Shown one piece after another: positions 44,836 to 59,384 of a stretch of 64,000 bases of DNA (positions are counted from its first letter, which is position 1; the number at the start of each line of letters is the position of its first letter). Made by a program: the position numbers and the translations under genes. The DNA lies in NCBI RefSeq assembly GCF_009914755.1, contig NC_060929.1; one strand, written 5' to 3'. The notes beneath the pieces are model-generated. The model saw only the letters and a program-made list of their open reading frames with translations, was not told the origin of the DNA and searched no databases. Origin of the DNA: the human T2T-CHM13v2.0 reference genome, Homo sapiens.

Positions 44836-45511
44836 ATAGGGGCTAAGAAGAATCCCATGTCTTCCTGACTTGGAGGAAGATGTCTGGTTTGTGTTCATCA
44901 GACTTGTCCATTCTCTTGAGATGAGCCACTGGTTTTAAGTATCAGTACCTGTTTTGTCAACATGAAACACTTGTGCTTTCTTTTTCTCAACCATGAGGCC
45001 TCTCAAGGCCTACCAGCCAATTCTTAGCCATTTACAACCTGTTCTGGGTACTTGGGAAATTCTAGGATGCCCCTCACCTTGAGACTCTGGAACTGTTCAT
45101 GTGGGGTCAGGAGATTCGGGAATTATCTCCCTAGTTATGCCACTCAGTCGTTGCTACTCAGACACCAAGAAAGACCTGAGATTTGTCATTGAGACTTAGT
45201 TTCCAACTGTGAAGCTAAGCAGTGATTCATTGTTTTCTAGGAACTTTTCCCATGAATTAGGAGAAGTTCCAGTTGATGCTGCACTTCTCCATCCAGCATC
45301 CCAGAGTCCTGGGCCATAGGCAGGATCTACATTTTGAATATGTTCTTCCTCTTATTCTTCTCCTAAGAACTGTTTTGGCTATAGGAAAACTGTTCTTACA
45401 TAAATATGTATGCTTGGAGTTTCAAAACTCTTTTGCTCTGACTATACCATGTTTGAGGGCTTAACAGAAAACAAAATCTTCTCTCAATGCTTGCAATTTA
45501 AATATTTTTGC

Positions 45512-45800
45512 TTTTTTTGAGGGTAAGTCTCACTCTGTTGCCCAGGCTGGAGTGCAGTGGCACAATCTTGGCTCACAGCAGAGGTTGCCTCCCAGCTTCA
45601 AGCGATTCTCCTGCCTCAGCCTCCTGAGTAACTGGGATTACAGGCATGTACCACCACACCTGGCTAATTTTTGTATTTTCAGTAGAGATGGGGTTTTGCC
45701 ATGTTGACCAAGCTGGTCTGGAACTCCTGGCCTCAAGTGATCTTCCTGCCTTGGCCTCCCAAAGTGCTGGGATTACAGGTGTGAGCCACAGCAACCAGCC
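45512..45800 (-). mobile_element. AluS (Sz-like)
   Basis: Full antisense Alu with a short T tract. Confidence 0.92.
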
Positions 45801-45905
45801 CAACTTCTGCTTTCAAAAGCATATTTTAGAGTTAAAATTGAAGAATCTGATCTATTATTCTAAGATCTCTTAGAACCCTCTTCTCTCCCCATCATCCTTA
45901 CACAC

Positions 45906-45907
<2 letters not shown>

Positions 45908-45942
<35 letters not shown>
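45908..45942. repeat. (CA)n microsatellite
   Basis: Direct reading. Confidence 0.95.
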
Positions 45943-45944
<2 letters not shown>

Positions 45945-46084
45945 CACCATAGAAAGACATCCTGGTTTCCAGACGCTTGAGTGTCTGGCTATTCTCTGGA
46001 CCTATTAAACAGCACTTAACACTGACATCTTTTTTTTTTAACATCTGAAGGTCACTTGCATGTGTAAAACATATTGCCTTAGGG

Positions 46085-46242
46085 GGTAGCAGCTAAAGAT
46101 TGTGGGGTTTCCTTTAGGGGTGATGAAAATGTTCTAAAAGTGATTATCGTAATGTTTGTACAACTTCATAAATATAATGAGTCACTGAATTGCACACTTT
46201 ACATGGGCAAATTATATGCTATATAAATTATATCTCAATATA
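46085..46242 (+). mobile_element. L1MB-like 3' end
   Basis: GGGGTGATGAAAATGTTCTAAAA...CACTGAATTGCACACTTT...AATTATATCTCAATA. Confidence 0.7.
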
Positions 46243-46717
46243 GTTGCTTCAGAAACAGTATTTAGCATTTGGTTGTTGTTGCTTTAATGGCGCAGCTCCC
46301 TTGGACCCCTGACTGTGTGTCTGAGGAGATGGACAAGAACTACTTAGAGACATTCTGCTCCCCACATGTGTACTTTTTTGTTCTTCTCACATATTTCCTA
46401 TACTTCAAAACCCTCCCTAGTTCACTCCTTGCCCCTCTCCCCCAAATCTCATACATTTGTGCTTAATCTAGAGAATCCTGACTCCTCCTTTGGGAAACAG
46501 TTTAAACATGAGCTATTTCTGTGAAGTTCTCCTTCAGCAGCCAAATGTGAGTTAAGGAGCCCTGCCATGTGCTCATATACTACCTTGGAGTTTCTCTATC
46601 TCTGCCTGTTTCACACTCTATCATAATTGCCTCCTTACTGGTCTGTGAGCTTTGTGAAAGCAGGAATCACATTCATTATGTCCACTAGTATATACCCAGT
46701 TCCTGGAAGATAGTATT

Positions 46718-46773
46718 GGATGGACGGACGGATGGATGGATGGATGGATGGATGGATGGATGGATGGATGGAT
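46718..46773. repeat. (GGAT)n microsatellite, probably at an L2 tail
   Basis: Direct reading; preceded by L2-like sequence. Confidence 0.9.
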
Positions 46774-47639
46774 GAGTGGGTGGGTGGAAGGGTGGGCAGA
46801 CAGACTGACGGATACATGCATGACCCACTCTCTAATATATAGTTTAGGATTTTATTTCCATGGGATAAAAACTGATGGAAGCAACAAAGAAGATGTTTCT
46901 CTCTCTCAAGTCAGGAGAAAGAGGGGAGGAAGTCACAACTCAGATTAGTCATTTTGTGTTTTCAGAATCTTAATTTTTTTGAGTAGTGTGTAATGAAGGT
47001 TTTCTCTGGGCATAGTGGCTCATCCACATTTGCTATTATAATTGACCTAGCTCTGCTGTCCTGCTGCTTTCCCTGCTTGTTTATAAATTGGAGAACATCT
47101 TTCAACTTGGTGGGAGAGCTGTAGTCTAATAGGAACAGTAAAATGGCAGTATGTGTAGGACAATTTAGAAACCTCATTTCAGCTCAGATGGAATGACCCA
47201 CACTTTCTAGGCATGAAATCACTCATAAGAACAGAACCAAACAGAATAAGAACTTATTTACAGGACCAGCAGTCTCTAAGCAGGCTAGGGGCAGATATGA
47301 CATGTTGAAAAAGTAAAGATTTCTCTGGCAACTGCCTCTTCTCTTTCTGTTTTCTCCCTCATGGTTCTCACAATGATCTCACCTTGCTACTAACTCAGTA
47401 TCTCAAGCCCAGCTTTAAAATATTCCAACCCTTTAGCAAAGTGTAGCAATCAGCTGGAAGGAACCTTGGAGGCCACATGGCCCAACCTGCTGTTAATGCA
47501 GAACAGGAGTCCCTTCCACGGGTATTCTGAACAGATGGTATTCGGCTTGTGCTCTGTGCATCTCTAGCAATGATTATGCCTTACTGCAGGAGACAACTGA
47601 TTTCCCTGTTGGAGGATGACTTGGAAAGTTTGCTTCAGA

Positions 47640-47817
47640 GAAGCAGAGTCTTAAAGTGCACAGCTCTGGAGACATACCAGCCCTGGAGTCCTGGTTCTGC
47701 TCCTAACCCATTGTGTGTCCTTGGGCAAGGTACTTAGCCTAGGTAAGCCTCATTTCTCTGTCTGTACAAGAGAAGTCAGTAATATCCGGCTTATTATATT
47801 TTGAAAACTAAATTAAA

Positions 47818-47865
<48 letters not shown>

Positions 47866-47910
47866 CATTTAGTATGTTGCCTGGAACATAGGAAATATCC
47901 AAAAAGTAGT
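47640..47910 (+). mobile_element. MIR containing (CA)22 at 47821-47864
   Basis: CCTTGGGCAAG...GCCTCATTTCTCTGTCTGTA core. Confidence 0.65.
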
Positions 47911-49644
47911 AGCTTAAAAATTAAACAAACCAAAGAGTTCTAAAAACATTGCTAAGATTGACATGACATTTGCAGACAGAGGTTAAGAACAGAATAAGCT
48001 CCAGCTACCATGACTGTTAAAGTCATCCCAGTATCTTATTCTGCTCTGTGTGGCATCCCGTGACTCTACCTGGATTTGAAATTAAACATTCTGAACACTT
48101 TCTTAGTGAAAGAGACTTAAGGATCAAGACTTACTCAGCAGAGACACTTTTGTATGAGAAATTGCTTGATGGCTGTCTAGACACAGACAGGATTTTTCTT
48201 TTTTAATGGGAATCAGGTATAGAGTGGGGTATCTATTTTTTTAAGGGAAAAGTGGAGTAGAAGAAGGTAAAAACTCCTGAGGTCCTGTCTGTGCCTCTGA
48301 GTCATCTTGCTTTGGCAAGCCTGTGGTTAGTACCACCACTGCTAGTGAATACTACTTAACAACACAAAATCAAACAAATTAGTTTAGAAGGAAAGGCTGT
48401 TCCTTTACTATCAGTACCTGCATGCGGAGTTTGATGACTACAATTGTGATTTCAGTTCATTTTTTTTTTTCTATTTCTAAAGCTTGAAATTACCTAGCCA
48501 GTCAAGGTGATAATTGGAATCTCTGCCCAATCTCTAAAAGAAATTGACTTGTTCTTCTCAAACAAAGGACTATTGTTTTTGATTTTTCTAAATTTCCTTG
48601 AATTATAATCAAGAGGTATATTTACAAGTAAGAAGACCATGCATGACTTAGGACCTAGCTGTCAGTTCAGGAAACCAAAAAAGAAATAAGGTTTATAATG
48701 ACGACAAGATCCACAATCACTCACTTGTACTTCCTGAAAGGTGAGACAGCACCAGACCCTGTTCTTTAGAGTAGCTCTGAGATATAGAGGAGAGAGCTCT
48801 TGAGAAATATTCAAGTGTACTTTGATGGGTGCAGGGGACAAACCCTTTTCAATGTTTACTGTAGTGGCATTGATCAAGATCCCAGGCACTCCCTACAAAA
48901 GTGGCATTTAAGATAAGTAGTAGCTAAGTGAACAGTGGGGCAAAGTGTTTAGTGGGAGCAGAGGAGGATCAGAGACAAAAGAAGGCATGAAGAAAGAAGT
49001 CCAATCTGGTTGGAATGTGGAGGGTGGTCTTGACTATTGCCTGTCCCTACTCCATCATTCCCGCCCAACTAAACTCCATCCTCAGTCAATCTAATTCTTT
49101 GTCTACCCTCTGTCTTCACTGGGGCAGTAGACAATGGCCAAAGAACAACATACACTCATACTAACTAGTCTCTCTTTAACGTCATGATTCCTAACCTCAA
49201 GTGGGTTGACAGTACAGTCCAGAGATCCTCCAACATGTCTTCGGTCTGTTCTCTGTTGTACCCTCCAAGAAAGCTACTGCATACCTCTCCTTTCTCTTCA
49301 AACCTTCAATATTTTCTTGCTATACCTCCTTCTCTTCTTGGTAGCTTTGTTTCCTTTTTCATGGGGAAAATATAGGTGTGGTCAAAAGATAGCTTCCATA
49401 CATTCCAACCACAACATCTACCTGTGTGACTACCATCTACTTTCCTCCAGTTACCAGGATAAACTGGCCATGTTCCTCTCTAAAACATCTTCTCAACTCC
49501 TGCAATGAATCTCATTCCTTTGCACCTATTCAAGGATGTTATTTCAACAGGCACCTACTGTCCCCTCACCTGTATCTTTGACTTTTCCCCCGGATCATTA
49601 CCATCAGTTGTAAAATATATTCTCATCCCCTATAAAAAAAATAA

Positions 49645-49943
49645 TGCTGGGCATGGTGGCTCACACCTGTAATCCCAGAACTTTGGGATACTGAGGCAAG
49701 AAGATTGCTTGAGGCTAGGACTTAGAGACCAGCTTGAACAACCTAGGGAGACTCCATCTCTACAAAAAATAGAAAATTAGCCAGGTGTAGTGGCACACCC
49801 CTGTGGTCCCAGCTTCTCAAGAGGCTGAGGCAGAAAGATCGCTTGAGCTTAGGAGGTCGAGCCTGCAGTGAGCCATGGTTGTGCCACTGCACTCCAGCCT
49901 GGGCAATGGAGTGAGACCTTGTCTCAAAAAAAAAAAAAAAAAA
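49645..49943 (+). mobile_element. AluJ within L2-like sequence (~49040-50530)
   Basis: AGATTGCTTGAGGCTAGG and GAGGTCGAGCCTGCAGTGAGCCATG are AluJ-like; poly(A) tail. Confidence 0.88.
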
Positions 49944-51715
49944 GAGAGAGAGAGAAAGAAGAAACCTTCCTTAACTTGCATATCTCCCCTTGCAATCACC
50001 TCATTTATCTGTACAGATTAATTATCTCATCTGCTTTCATGGTTTTAAATACCATCCCTCTGCTGATGACTCTTCATTACTTACCTGTAGCCCATGACTT
50101 CTCCTGTGGACTGCAGATTTGTATGTGTGGAGTCCATGGGAATTGGATTTCCAACAGGTAAATCAAATGCTAACTTAGAACTTCTGTTTTTTCTACCAAG
50201 CCTGATTTGCTACTGTCTTTGCTGTCTCAGTAAATGGCAATTATGTTCTTCCAGTTGCTCAGACATGCATAAATAAATAAATAAATAATATTCTTTTCAT
50301 GCTTTACATTTTTTTGGTCAGAAAATCCTGTTATTTCCATCTTGAAAATAATATCCAGCATCTGACCACCTCTCATCATTGTCACTACTACTCTACTGTT
50401 CAAGCTGTCATTATCTCTTGCCTGGATTATTGTATTGTAAATCATCTTCCTTCTTCCACAATTGACTGTTTATGCTTTTTGTGTTTCAGTCAAAGTCAGA
50501 TCTTATCAGTTCCTTGCTCAAAAGTATCTAATTGGGGATGGGGGACACTGGTGATAGAGAAGGGAAGAGAGGCAGGGGAGGGAAGACCAGAGGCAAAGAG
50601 ACTAAGTGTTTTTAAAGAATTAGACCATCATTCTCAGTAAAACAGAAAGCCTCTGAAGAGATTTAACAAGAGACTCACCTAGATTTTCATTTTACAAGGG
50701 TGTTTTGATAATATGCGCAGACCTCAAAAAACAGTGTGAGGATTTTTAGTACCCTTTAAGATTTGAGAACTTGAAGATTCCCAATAACCAATATTATAAT
50801 GTATGTTTACAAAAAAAAGCTAAAAGTGATAGCATCTGCATGAATTGACTATGGTTTTTCTTGAGGACATTAAATAGATTCAATCCTCAATTCTTAATGC
50901 TTTTATGAGAAGATATAACACACAAAAAATCAGATAGGTAGACTCAGAAAATCCATAGAACCAACTCAGTCTTATATTGTCAGATTATATTAGGGTTGCT
51001 TCTGTGATTTGAATCTCACAGACTTAAATGATGCTGCTCCCCTGTTTGCCTTGTATGTAAGAATGAGGCTTATGCAGGTAAAGTTCTTATCAATCAGTTG
51101 AAATTGCCTCATCCTTCTCTGGGTCTATATGCATTTATGCTGGTATTACAGGATGCAATTGATAATAAAATGTTGACTTAGTACTTTAACTATTGTTTAC
51201 AACAGTGTTTAAGGGCTGGGTGACTAAAATTTGCTTCATTCATGCCACTGTGCCCTCTGCTTGGGGTTAATTTTCTACTCCTAAACATGGAGGCCTACAT
51301 TTCTAGTCTTCCTTAACAAGTCCTTATTGCTCAGTTTAATATTCTTCTCTTTATGAACTCTTTTACCCTTTTATTATAAATTCTACCTGGGCATCAAGTT
51401 AATGGTACAGCCAAAATGTGGATACTTTTCCTCCCAAGCCATCCTCAAACATACTCAGGGTGGGGAAGCGTACTGAAACTCATCCTAATAAAACCAAAAC
51501 CAAAAGAATCTAACTTTCTTTGGAAAATGAATCTCAATAAAAAGCAGTATGATTTTTGCTTTTTATTCATCAGGAAGCTGCCAAGTCAAATGGCTTTATA
51601 CAGCTTCTTTTTCTTATGTGGCAATAGTTATATTTGAGGGGAAATTAAATATCCAAGTTTTAATAAAATGAGACTTTAATATTTTAATTTATATTTTTTG
51701 TTACCCTTCTTACTA

Positions 51716-52232
51716 TGAGTGGGAGACAATTCTCATGGGCCTCTTGTATTTCTGCATGTCTTTTGAGTGAGGCATTAGCTGTCCTTTGTTTTAAACTATC
51801 TTCTCAATGATGTTGAAATGGTGAACAGCTTTAAAATATATAGTGTTTCCCTCCAGAGCAAAGTGCAGCCATGCTTATTGCCCAGTGTAATGAAAATTAC
51901 TATCTCCCTCCAGAGCAAAAGCCAGTAAAGTTACTGCCCATTAAAAAAGATTTGGTCTCCCTAAGCTCTGGGTTCTGCTCCTATAATATAAGCCACTGCA
52001 TTTTTAGGCATCCATCTGGGCACATTTGTGTTTACCCCCACCCATGGGATTGGGGCAAGGGAAATTGACTCTGACATGATGTTGCTTGCAATGCTTGCTA
52101 TGCCGCCAGTAATAAAGTCCCTTGTTTCTGACCTGGAAGTCTCATGTCTCCTGCTAGCATCCATGAAACTGTGTCAGGCTACCTTGTTAGCTTGCAAGGA
52201 GGATGAAATCTTAGATTCTTCACAGTTATTGC
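51716..52232 (+). mobile_element. ERVL solo LTR, LTR40-like
   Basis: Start GGGAGACAATTCTCATGGG, duplicated TCCCTCCAGAGCAAA, and AATAAAGTCC as recalled for LTR40a. Confidence 0.7.
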
Positions 52233-52954
52233 TAACTATGAAAAACATACTTTTAAATACCGTTAAAACAAGAGAAAATAAAACAGATTTAGAATCTATA
52301 GTGGGTGCTTCTGGAACATGAAACATATGCCTCAGAGTTTGCCCATACTTTTCTTTTATTTATTTCTTTTTTTTTTTTTCTTTTTTACTTAAGCTATCCC
52401 TCTGCCTGGAATTTCCTTCCTACCACACGTTTATCTAAGTCATTCAACACTGGCATTTGGAAAGCTTTTTGAATAGCATTACTTTTAACATGCATTTAAA
52501 AGATCAATGGCTCATGATGTGAAAACTGATTGAAATAAAGGGATTTATCCTTAGTTACAATTTTATACCATGCTAGGCAACGCTTTTACTAAGAAATGAA
52601 TCATTTATTCTTTTACTTGAACATTTATTATGTACCTAGCTTGTGCCAGGTAGTGTGTTGAACCTTGAGGATACAGAGATAAGAAATTCTCCATTTGATG
52701 AAGCCCAGGAGCAAATGAATATAAAATAACAATATAATTATGTGAAAAGTTCTGTGACAATATAGATCTTATAATTTTCTCCCACCATGTATTAATGCCT
52801 TCCAGAGAGCAAGAGGTGGAGCCCCACAAACCATGGCTTTGAGCTGCTTTTGTGACTCAGTGTGTAATGTTGTGGTACCCTATGACTTTTAACCTGCCAT
52901 ACCTTCTTGTTTCATTGTCATATACCACTGAGGGAGGAATGAACCACCATATAG

Positions 52955-53555
52955 ACACTTATCAGTGAGAACTCTGGTTGCAAGTGAAGGAACACTGAAA
53001 TCAAGTGGACTCTTAAAAGGGTGGTGGAAGGTAACATTTGGCTCACATCACTGAAATATGATGTGAGAAGCAAATATTTTGATATTGAATGTCCAGACAC
53101 TTTTGGATCCAGGCATTTAAATGATGTCATTGAAATTCCACTTTACTCTTTCCTTTCCCAAGTTCCGTTTTCCCTCCTGTGGCTTCCATTCTCAGGAAGG
53201 CTCTTGCATAGTTCTGTCCAGATGTCCGCCAGGCTTCTATCCTATCATTTCATTCATCTCTGAAAGAAAGAGAAATAATCTCAACAATTCCAATAAAAAT
53301 TCTGGTCATAAGTCCCAGTCACGTGACTTGGATCACATGCTTATTCCTAAATAAAAATGCCTAGCTAAGGGAGTCTAGTGCTTAGATTTGCCAAGGAAAG
53401 GTCATATGACTCTTCCTGGAGTTTGAGGGAAAAGTGGATCCACTCCAACCATGTAAGCTGAACATGTGGAAGAGGTGGAGCCCCACAGAAATTCAGTTTG
53501 CTATAGCTAGATGAATGGGAAATGAATACTGGGCAGGTAAAAACAACAGATGCCT
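52955..53555 (-). mobile_element. Degenerate MLT1-type MaLR LTR
   Basis: CTCTGGTTGCAAGTGA start, internal GATCACATGC...GGTCATATG, end GGGCAGGTAAAAACAACAGATG. Confidence 0.45.
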
Positions 53556-56500
53556 ATTTGCCTAAAGATACTTTTTATTCAAAATGTTCAAATATAGAAA
53601 TTATATATAAAAATATCTTGAAATCACAAAATAGAAAAGTGGTTTATTCGAATATTTTAGTAAAGCAGGTATCAAGCAATGACAAGATACAAAATGGTAT
53701 CTTCGTTTTATATTGCTTTAAATTTTGGTCTAAACTGTATAATATTAAAATACAGTGAAATATTAGCTGCACATTTTCCCTCATTTTATTATTTTTTAAA
53801 TTCAGCTAATAATACCTATAGGATGCCTATGTGGTTATGCTCAAAATACTGCCATTCACCTGGTGGTAGCTTGCCTAGATTAAAAAAAAAAAAGAAAGAC
53901 TTTCTAAAGTACTAACCAACCTCAAAACCCTACCCAACTATTTTTTTCCCTATTAACATCAACCCAAATAACCAAATCTGATGTGAAAGTTTGAGATAGT
54001 ATGGAAGAAGAGAAATGACATCTTAGCTCTTCCTTGAAGGTCTGTAATTTACAACAATTCATGCATAATAATGATTCAGCAAATTTTATTAAAAACTTCT
54101 CTATATAATATACTGTTATAGGTATCCTTAATATAAAGTAGGTACTTTCTCAGATATTAAAGTTCTAATTTATAAATTGAGACATCTTTTTATTACAATT
54201 TTATAAGTAAATTGCTAAAGAAATTCACTTGTGATAATAGAAATAAGGATGTCTTTGGCAAATTGTACTGTTGCAAAATATATTTGCTACATTTTCTGGG
54301 AGGAAATTTATACTGTCCTGTCCATGTCAGGGAATCACGTGATTTGCTTTGACTGATCAAGTATGAGCTAAAGTGGCACATGCAACTTCTAACCAGAAAC
54401 TTTAACAGCCGTTGGTTGGTTTTGCCATTTTCTCTCTTCTCCTCTGCTGGAATATCAGCAATTGTCTTCATATGTCATTGAAATACTGGGTCCTTGTTAT
54501 TATGACATAACAACCTAAACTGACTGATACAAATCCAAAGATTTTAGAAGATACTGTATCATCTTAAATGTGATTACCCTTTTGATCTGCAAATGGAGAG
54601 CCCTTTTGCCACTCTCACCTGAAGGTCAGAGAGATATAGTCTGTACTGATTAAGAAGAACTCAATATCTTGGATATTGGTGATAAGCTGTGTGTGATTAG
54701 CTTGCACTGATTCTGCCTAGACATTGCATATATCTTAAAGAAGATGAGTTTCTTTGTCAGGACTCTGAGATCAAAGGAATTGAATAGTCCCTTACTAATT
54801 TACTTCAGAGAACGCTAATATTTGACTTTGTGTCTTGGCCAGTCCTTTAGTAGTGATGTGACTTACATCTTGTCCTTCGCTACTATTTTGTAGTTTCGTG
54901 TTTTCATTCATGGTGAGTTCAAATATGTTTACTAAAATACTTCAATCAACCACCTGGTATAATCATATTCAATTTTGTAAGAAATTCTAAGGTAAAAGTC
55001 ACTTGAAAGATAAATTTAAACCCTTACTATTTTCTTGCTCATCTCTATGAAGGATAGAGAAGTTTAGCATATTATCTACCTTCTGGATATATAATTTCAA
55101 ATTATGTGTATCAATAGCAGGTACAAATTCCAACCCATAAGGATTATTATTTTTAAGGACTTAAAAAAAATTCATGTAGATCACCCATTCTTCTAGATAG
55201 CATAAACTTATTATCAGTTAATTCAAGACATCACTGTCTTGTCATCTCACTCTGATTGTTTATCTCAATTACAGTGGGATTACTAATGTCATGAAAGGCT
55301 TTTGGACAGTAAAAGTTGGGTCCTTGTCATTCTCCACATACACTGTTATCTGCCACAATGCTTGTATTTCCCCTGATTTTTGATCATTGGTCTTTGATCA
55401 TGATCAGTGTGTAGCTGTATCTCCTTAACCCCGCCTTAAGACCCCACACTACATCCATTTTCAATGTCACATTTCTGCCACCCTTAGGTGGTGGGAAACA
55501 TTTTGCTCCTTCCTGTGTCATACTCAGAGGCACACTGAAACGTACTCCATCAGTTCTCTCTTCCAGGGAGCCATTTCTTCTTGAAATCTTGACACTTTGC
55601 TGGCCTTTCCTGGGAAGAGGGTAGAGAATATATGTTCCCTCAGCAATCAGAGTCCCCAGAATTACCTGGAGGAATCAATAGTCTGCTCCTCCCTGCACTG
55701 GGAATTTTCAGGGAAATTGGAAATAGGGACTAAGGCCCATTCTCAGGAACTCCTTATTCTCTAAACTTTCCTCTGCTGTTCTAAGGTATCCTTTATCTGC
55801 AGATTGTTGATTCAGTCTGGTATGTTACTCTGACTCTTCCACTGATCTTTCAGAACCCATTGTTTATACCCCAATCCAGCCTTTTTGAGATGCAAAAGCC
55901 AAGAACTTGAAGTCTTACTGACTTCATCCTTCTGTCATTTCTTACTTAAAGTAATTTGCATAGAATATAGTATTTGTTACCTGAACAGGGGAAAGAACAG
56001 AATAACAGAAAGTAACATGTATTCCAAAAAACACAACCACTTTTATATCAAAATATTATTCTATCACAGATGCATACATAAAAATGCATAGTCATAGATT
56101 AAACAAAACTCACAAACTTTGGGCTCTTGGCATAGCATGTTTTCATAAAAGGCCAGACATTTTTATATATAAATTAATATTTGTTTTCATTGGCCTTTCC
56201 ATCTATTCCTGTCTGTATACCAGGGTGGCATTTTAGTACATATTAGAAATCTATGCCAACCAGCATGTCATGGAACACATTAACTGGATTCATGCCTATT
56301 CTATTCAATAAAGTTATCTCTTTAGACTGACATCTTCTTCATCTATTATAATTATTACTCTCAGTAAAGAGTGCTAGAATGTGCTTCAATTTTACACATT
56401 TTAATGCACTATCAGATCTTACTACCAGACCCAGTCTTTTCTCTTTTAATAAGGGAAGTTTTATGGTGATTCTAGACAGTAACTAACATGAAAGAGCCAA

Positions 56501-57699
56501 AATGAACAAAATCAAATGAAGGATACAAGAAAATAGAAATAAATTTGAAATAATGTGTTCCTTGTTTATGAAAACTAGTCTGTATATTTTTAATAAACAA
56601 TGAATTATTCCTTTCCTTTTAGGGGTAATTTTGAGAAAAATGTTGGAGTAGATCACTGGACAAGCCATTAATAATGTAAATTGAATCAATAATGATAGAC
56701 ACTCATTACAGGGAAACTGAAAAATAACTTTTAAACGCCATTTTTCTTTTTTCCCAAATGAGAATTCTGTGTACCTGAAAAAGCACTTGATTAAGGGTTT
56801 AAAAGAGGTACTAAGTTTGGCTCTGCTAGTAATAAGTAATTCACTTTATTTCTGTGAGCTGTATTTTCTTCAACAATAACAGAAGAGATTGGACTATGTC
56901 AGTGTTTCCCAAAGTGTGGAGAGCATACCACTGGTGTCACTCAGGATAATTTTAGGTTGTATATCAAATAACAGAGTGAGAGAGCCATTCTTTTTTGAAT
57001 TCTACCATCCTGATCCTGATTAAGCCAAAGATTAAGTCTTGTGGTGCTAGTTTTGGGGTTACTTGGTGTTACTTGTTCTGCTTTTTGAGGATAAGAACGG
57101 ACTTTGAAATCAGAGCCTTTTGGTATGTAATAGCTTCTAGATAAAGCATTGTGTGTTTATTGTATTAATTTTTTGGTTATCTTCTTTGGGACAAGGGATG
57201 TTGATTTCCCATGTATGATAATAGAACAAAGTTGCCTTTTAGTTTTAAGAAAAGCATTCTATTAAAAAAAAAAAAGGAAATGAAAATGCAGGTAGAATGT
57301 CCATGACTAAATTTTTGATACTGCTGGAGAGGTGATCTATAAGGACATTTCATAGAGTTCAATATCATTTTGTTTTATTTTGGTTTTGGTCAAGGTGAAA
57401 GACAGCATGGTATAAGTTAAATTGTCCTCCCTTTGACTTATTAAGCAGAGTGCATAGTGGTAAAATGAAGTTCAGAATGTAAATTCAGAATATAAATAAT
57501 ACACATCTTCTGGAGCATCAGTCTTACTTGAAGACTTCAACAGCTGAATTCACAGACACATAACGAACATACAAACAGATGTATTGAGGAATAGATGCTA
57601 AATTTGTTTGAATTTGCAGGATAAAGCACTACTCTTCAAATACATTGTTTGTAAATTCTGCTTATTGAAGAATTGAGCAAAGAGAAAGTGCACTATTTT

Positions 57700-58184
57700 G
57701 AAGGAGGGAATGTAAATACGTGTGTGTGCGTGTGTGAGAGAGGGACCTCACAGAAATGAAGTGAAAACCCCAAAGAGACAGTCAGATCCAGAGGTTTATA
57801 TACCATTTTTAAAAACAGCAATAAATTATTAGAGAAGTGACAAGACAAAGGAAGACAAAGGAAAGGGTTTTGAGCCTCTAGGGCAGTGAATTCTAGGAAA
57901 GTAAACATATGGGGAACCTAATGGAAGGCAGGGGTTATTTTAGCAGGGCTTGTTACATATATTCCTCTCCTCTCGGTACCATCTATCAGCTAATAAGAGC
58001 CTAGAGTCTTGCTGAGAGCAGGTAGGGGGAACACATTCACAAAGGGAAATTTATGCCCCTCTTTTAGACAAAAAAGGTGAAGATAGAGAGCTGCTTTCTG
58101 TGTCTGATGTTTCTCAGTTGCCTTCAACTCAAAATAATCCTTATGGCAGAGTGACGTTTTGGATGGCATACTCTGATCCCCTTC
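57700..58184 (-). mobile_element. ERV1 solo LTR, MER34-family
   Basis: Minus strand begins TGAAGGGGATCAGAGTATGCCA...GCCATAAGGATTATTTTGAGTTGAAGGCAACTGAGAAAC. Confidence 0.7.
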
Positions 58185-59384
58185 AAGGACAATATGCAGA
58201 GGTCATGAAGACCATCTGGTGCCAAAAATAGAGACCCTGAAATTACAGAGTATTTCCACTGTGAGCACAGAAGTGATCCAGTCATGAATATATCTTGGAG
58301 TTTGACTAAAAGGAGCAGGGTCTGAATGAGGTCAAATTGCTCCCACTCCCTTCCTTGTTCACCTCCTCTCCATACTAACACTGTTGTAATGAGAGTAACT
58401 ACATGCAAGTGAAGTACTTGCACAGAGTCACAATGGCTTGAGGCCTAGCCAGCTCCACCTTGGGAGAAAATCTGGGAAGAAAATCAGGAAAAAAGGGTTT
58501 GTGCTGAAGACAAAAACTGAAGAGAATAAGGGCTGGAGGGAAGAATTCAGAGTGATATGAAAAGGATTAAAATAATCCTATATACTTGAGAGTGTCTGGG
58601 GAACTGCTTTTATATCCCTGCAAGCCACCACTTGTATAAACAATGAATTATACTCTTGCACACTTGCTTTTTCTCCTTTCTTTGACCCATTAGTAATATT
58701 GCCAGGAAAGAAACGTGGGTTTGAAAAGAGCAGAAATTCATTCTCCAGGTGATCTGTATTGTGTGCTTAGAATGGGGCAGTTGAAACTTCTTGGTACTTA
58801 TGTTCCTGCCGCCCCCTCCCCCCGACGCCGCCACCCTCCCGCCCCCTACTCTGGGGAAATGGGAAGGGAATCAACAAGAAAAGCATACTGCATCTCTAAA
58901 CTCCAACTTCACAGTCTTCTAGCCATAAAGGACTTTTGATAGAAGAGTTTGAAAAGCACCGAGAAAGAGACCAGGCTTAGAAAGTCTTGAAGCCCTTGTT
59001 TAGCATTGCAGCTGTGGGATCTTGGGAGAGTTTTCTTGCGTCCTGAGCCTCCTTTCCTTATTAGTCTTATCCACCAAAGGTTGCAGGAGGTATTCCATGC
59101 CTGATAGAATAGTGGTAGACAAAAAGGAAACTAGGAGCTTTTTAAAAATTCAGAAAATGCATATATTTATACATAAACCAAGGCTTGATGGAGAAGAGGT
59201 GCTCAGTAAATACTTAGTGAATGATTGGATGCCAGTGCCAATTCTGACACTCTCAGAAAAACCAGCCAAAATGTGCCTCTTTGAGAAAACAATATTTTTA
59301 TACCCTGTGGCAGTATTACTTGGTTACACCAGGTACTTTGAAAAATACTTCCATTTTTCAAATCCAGAGCAACATTCTGAGGTG

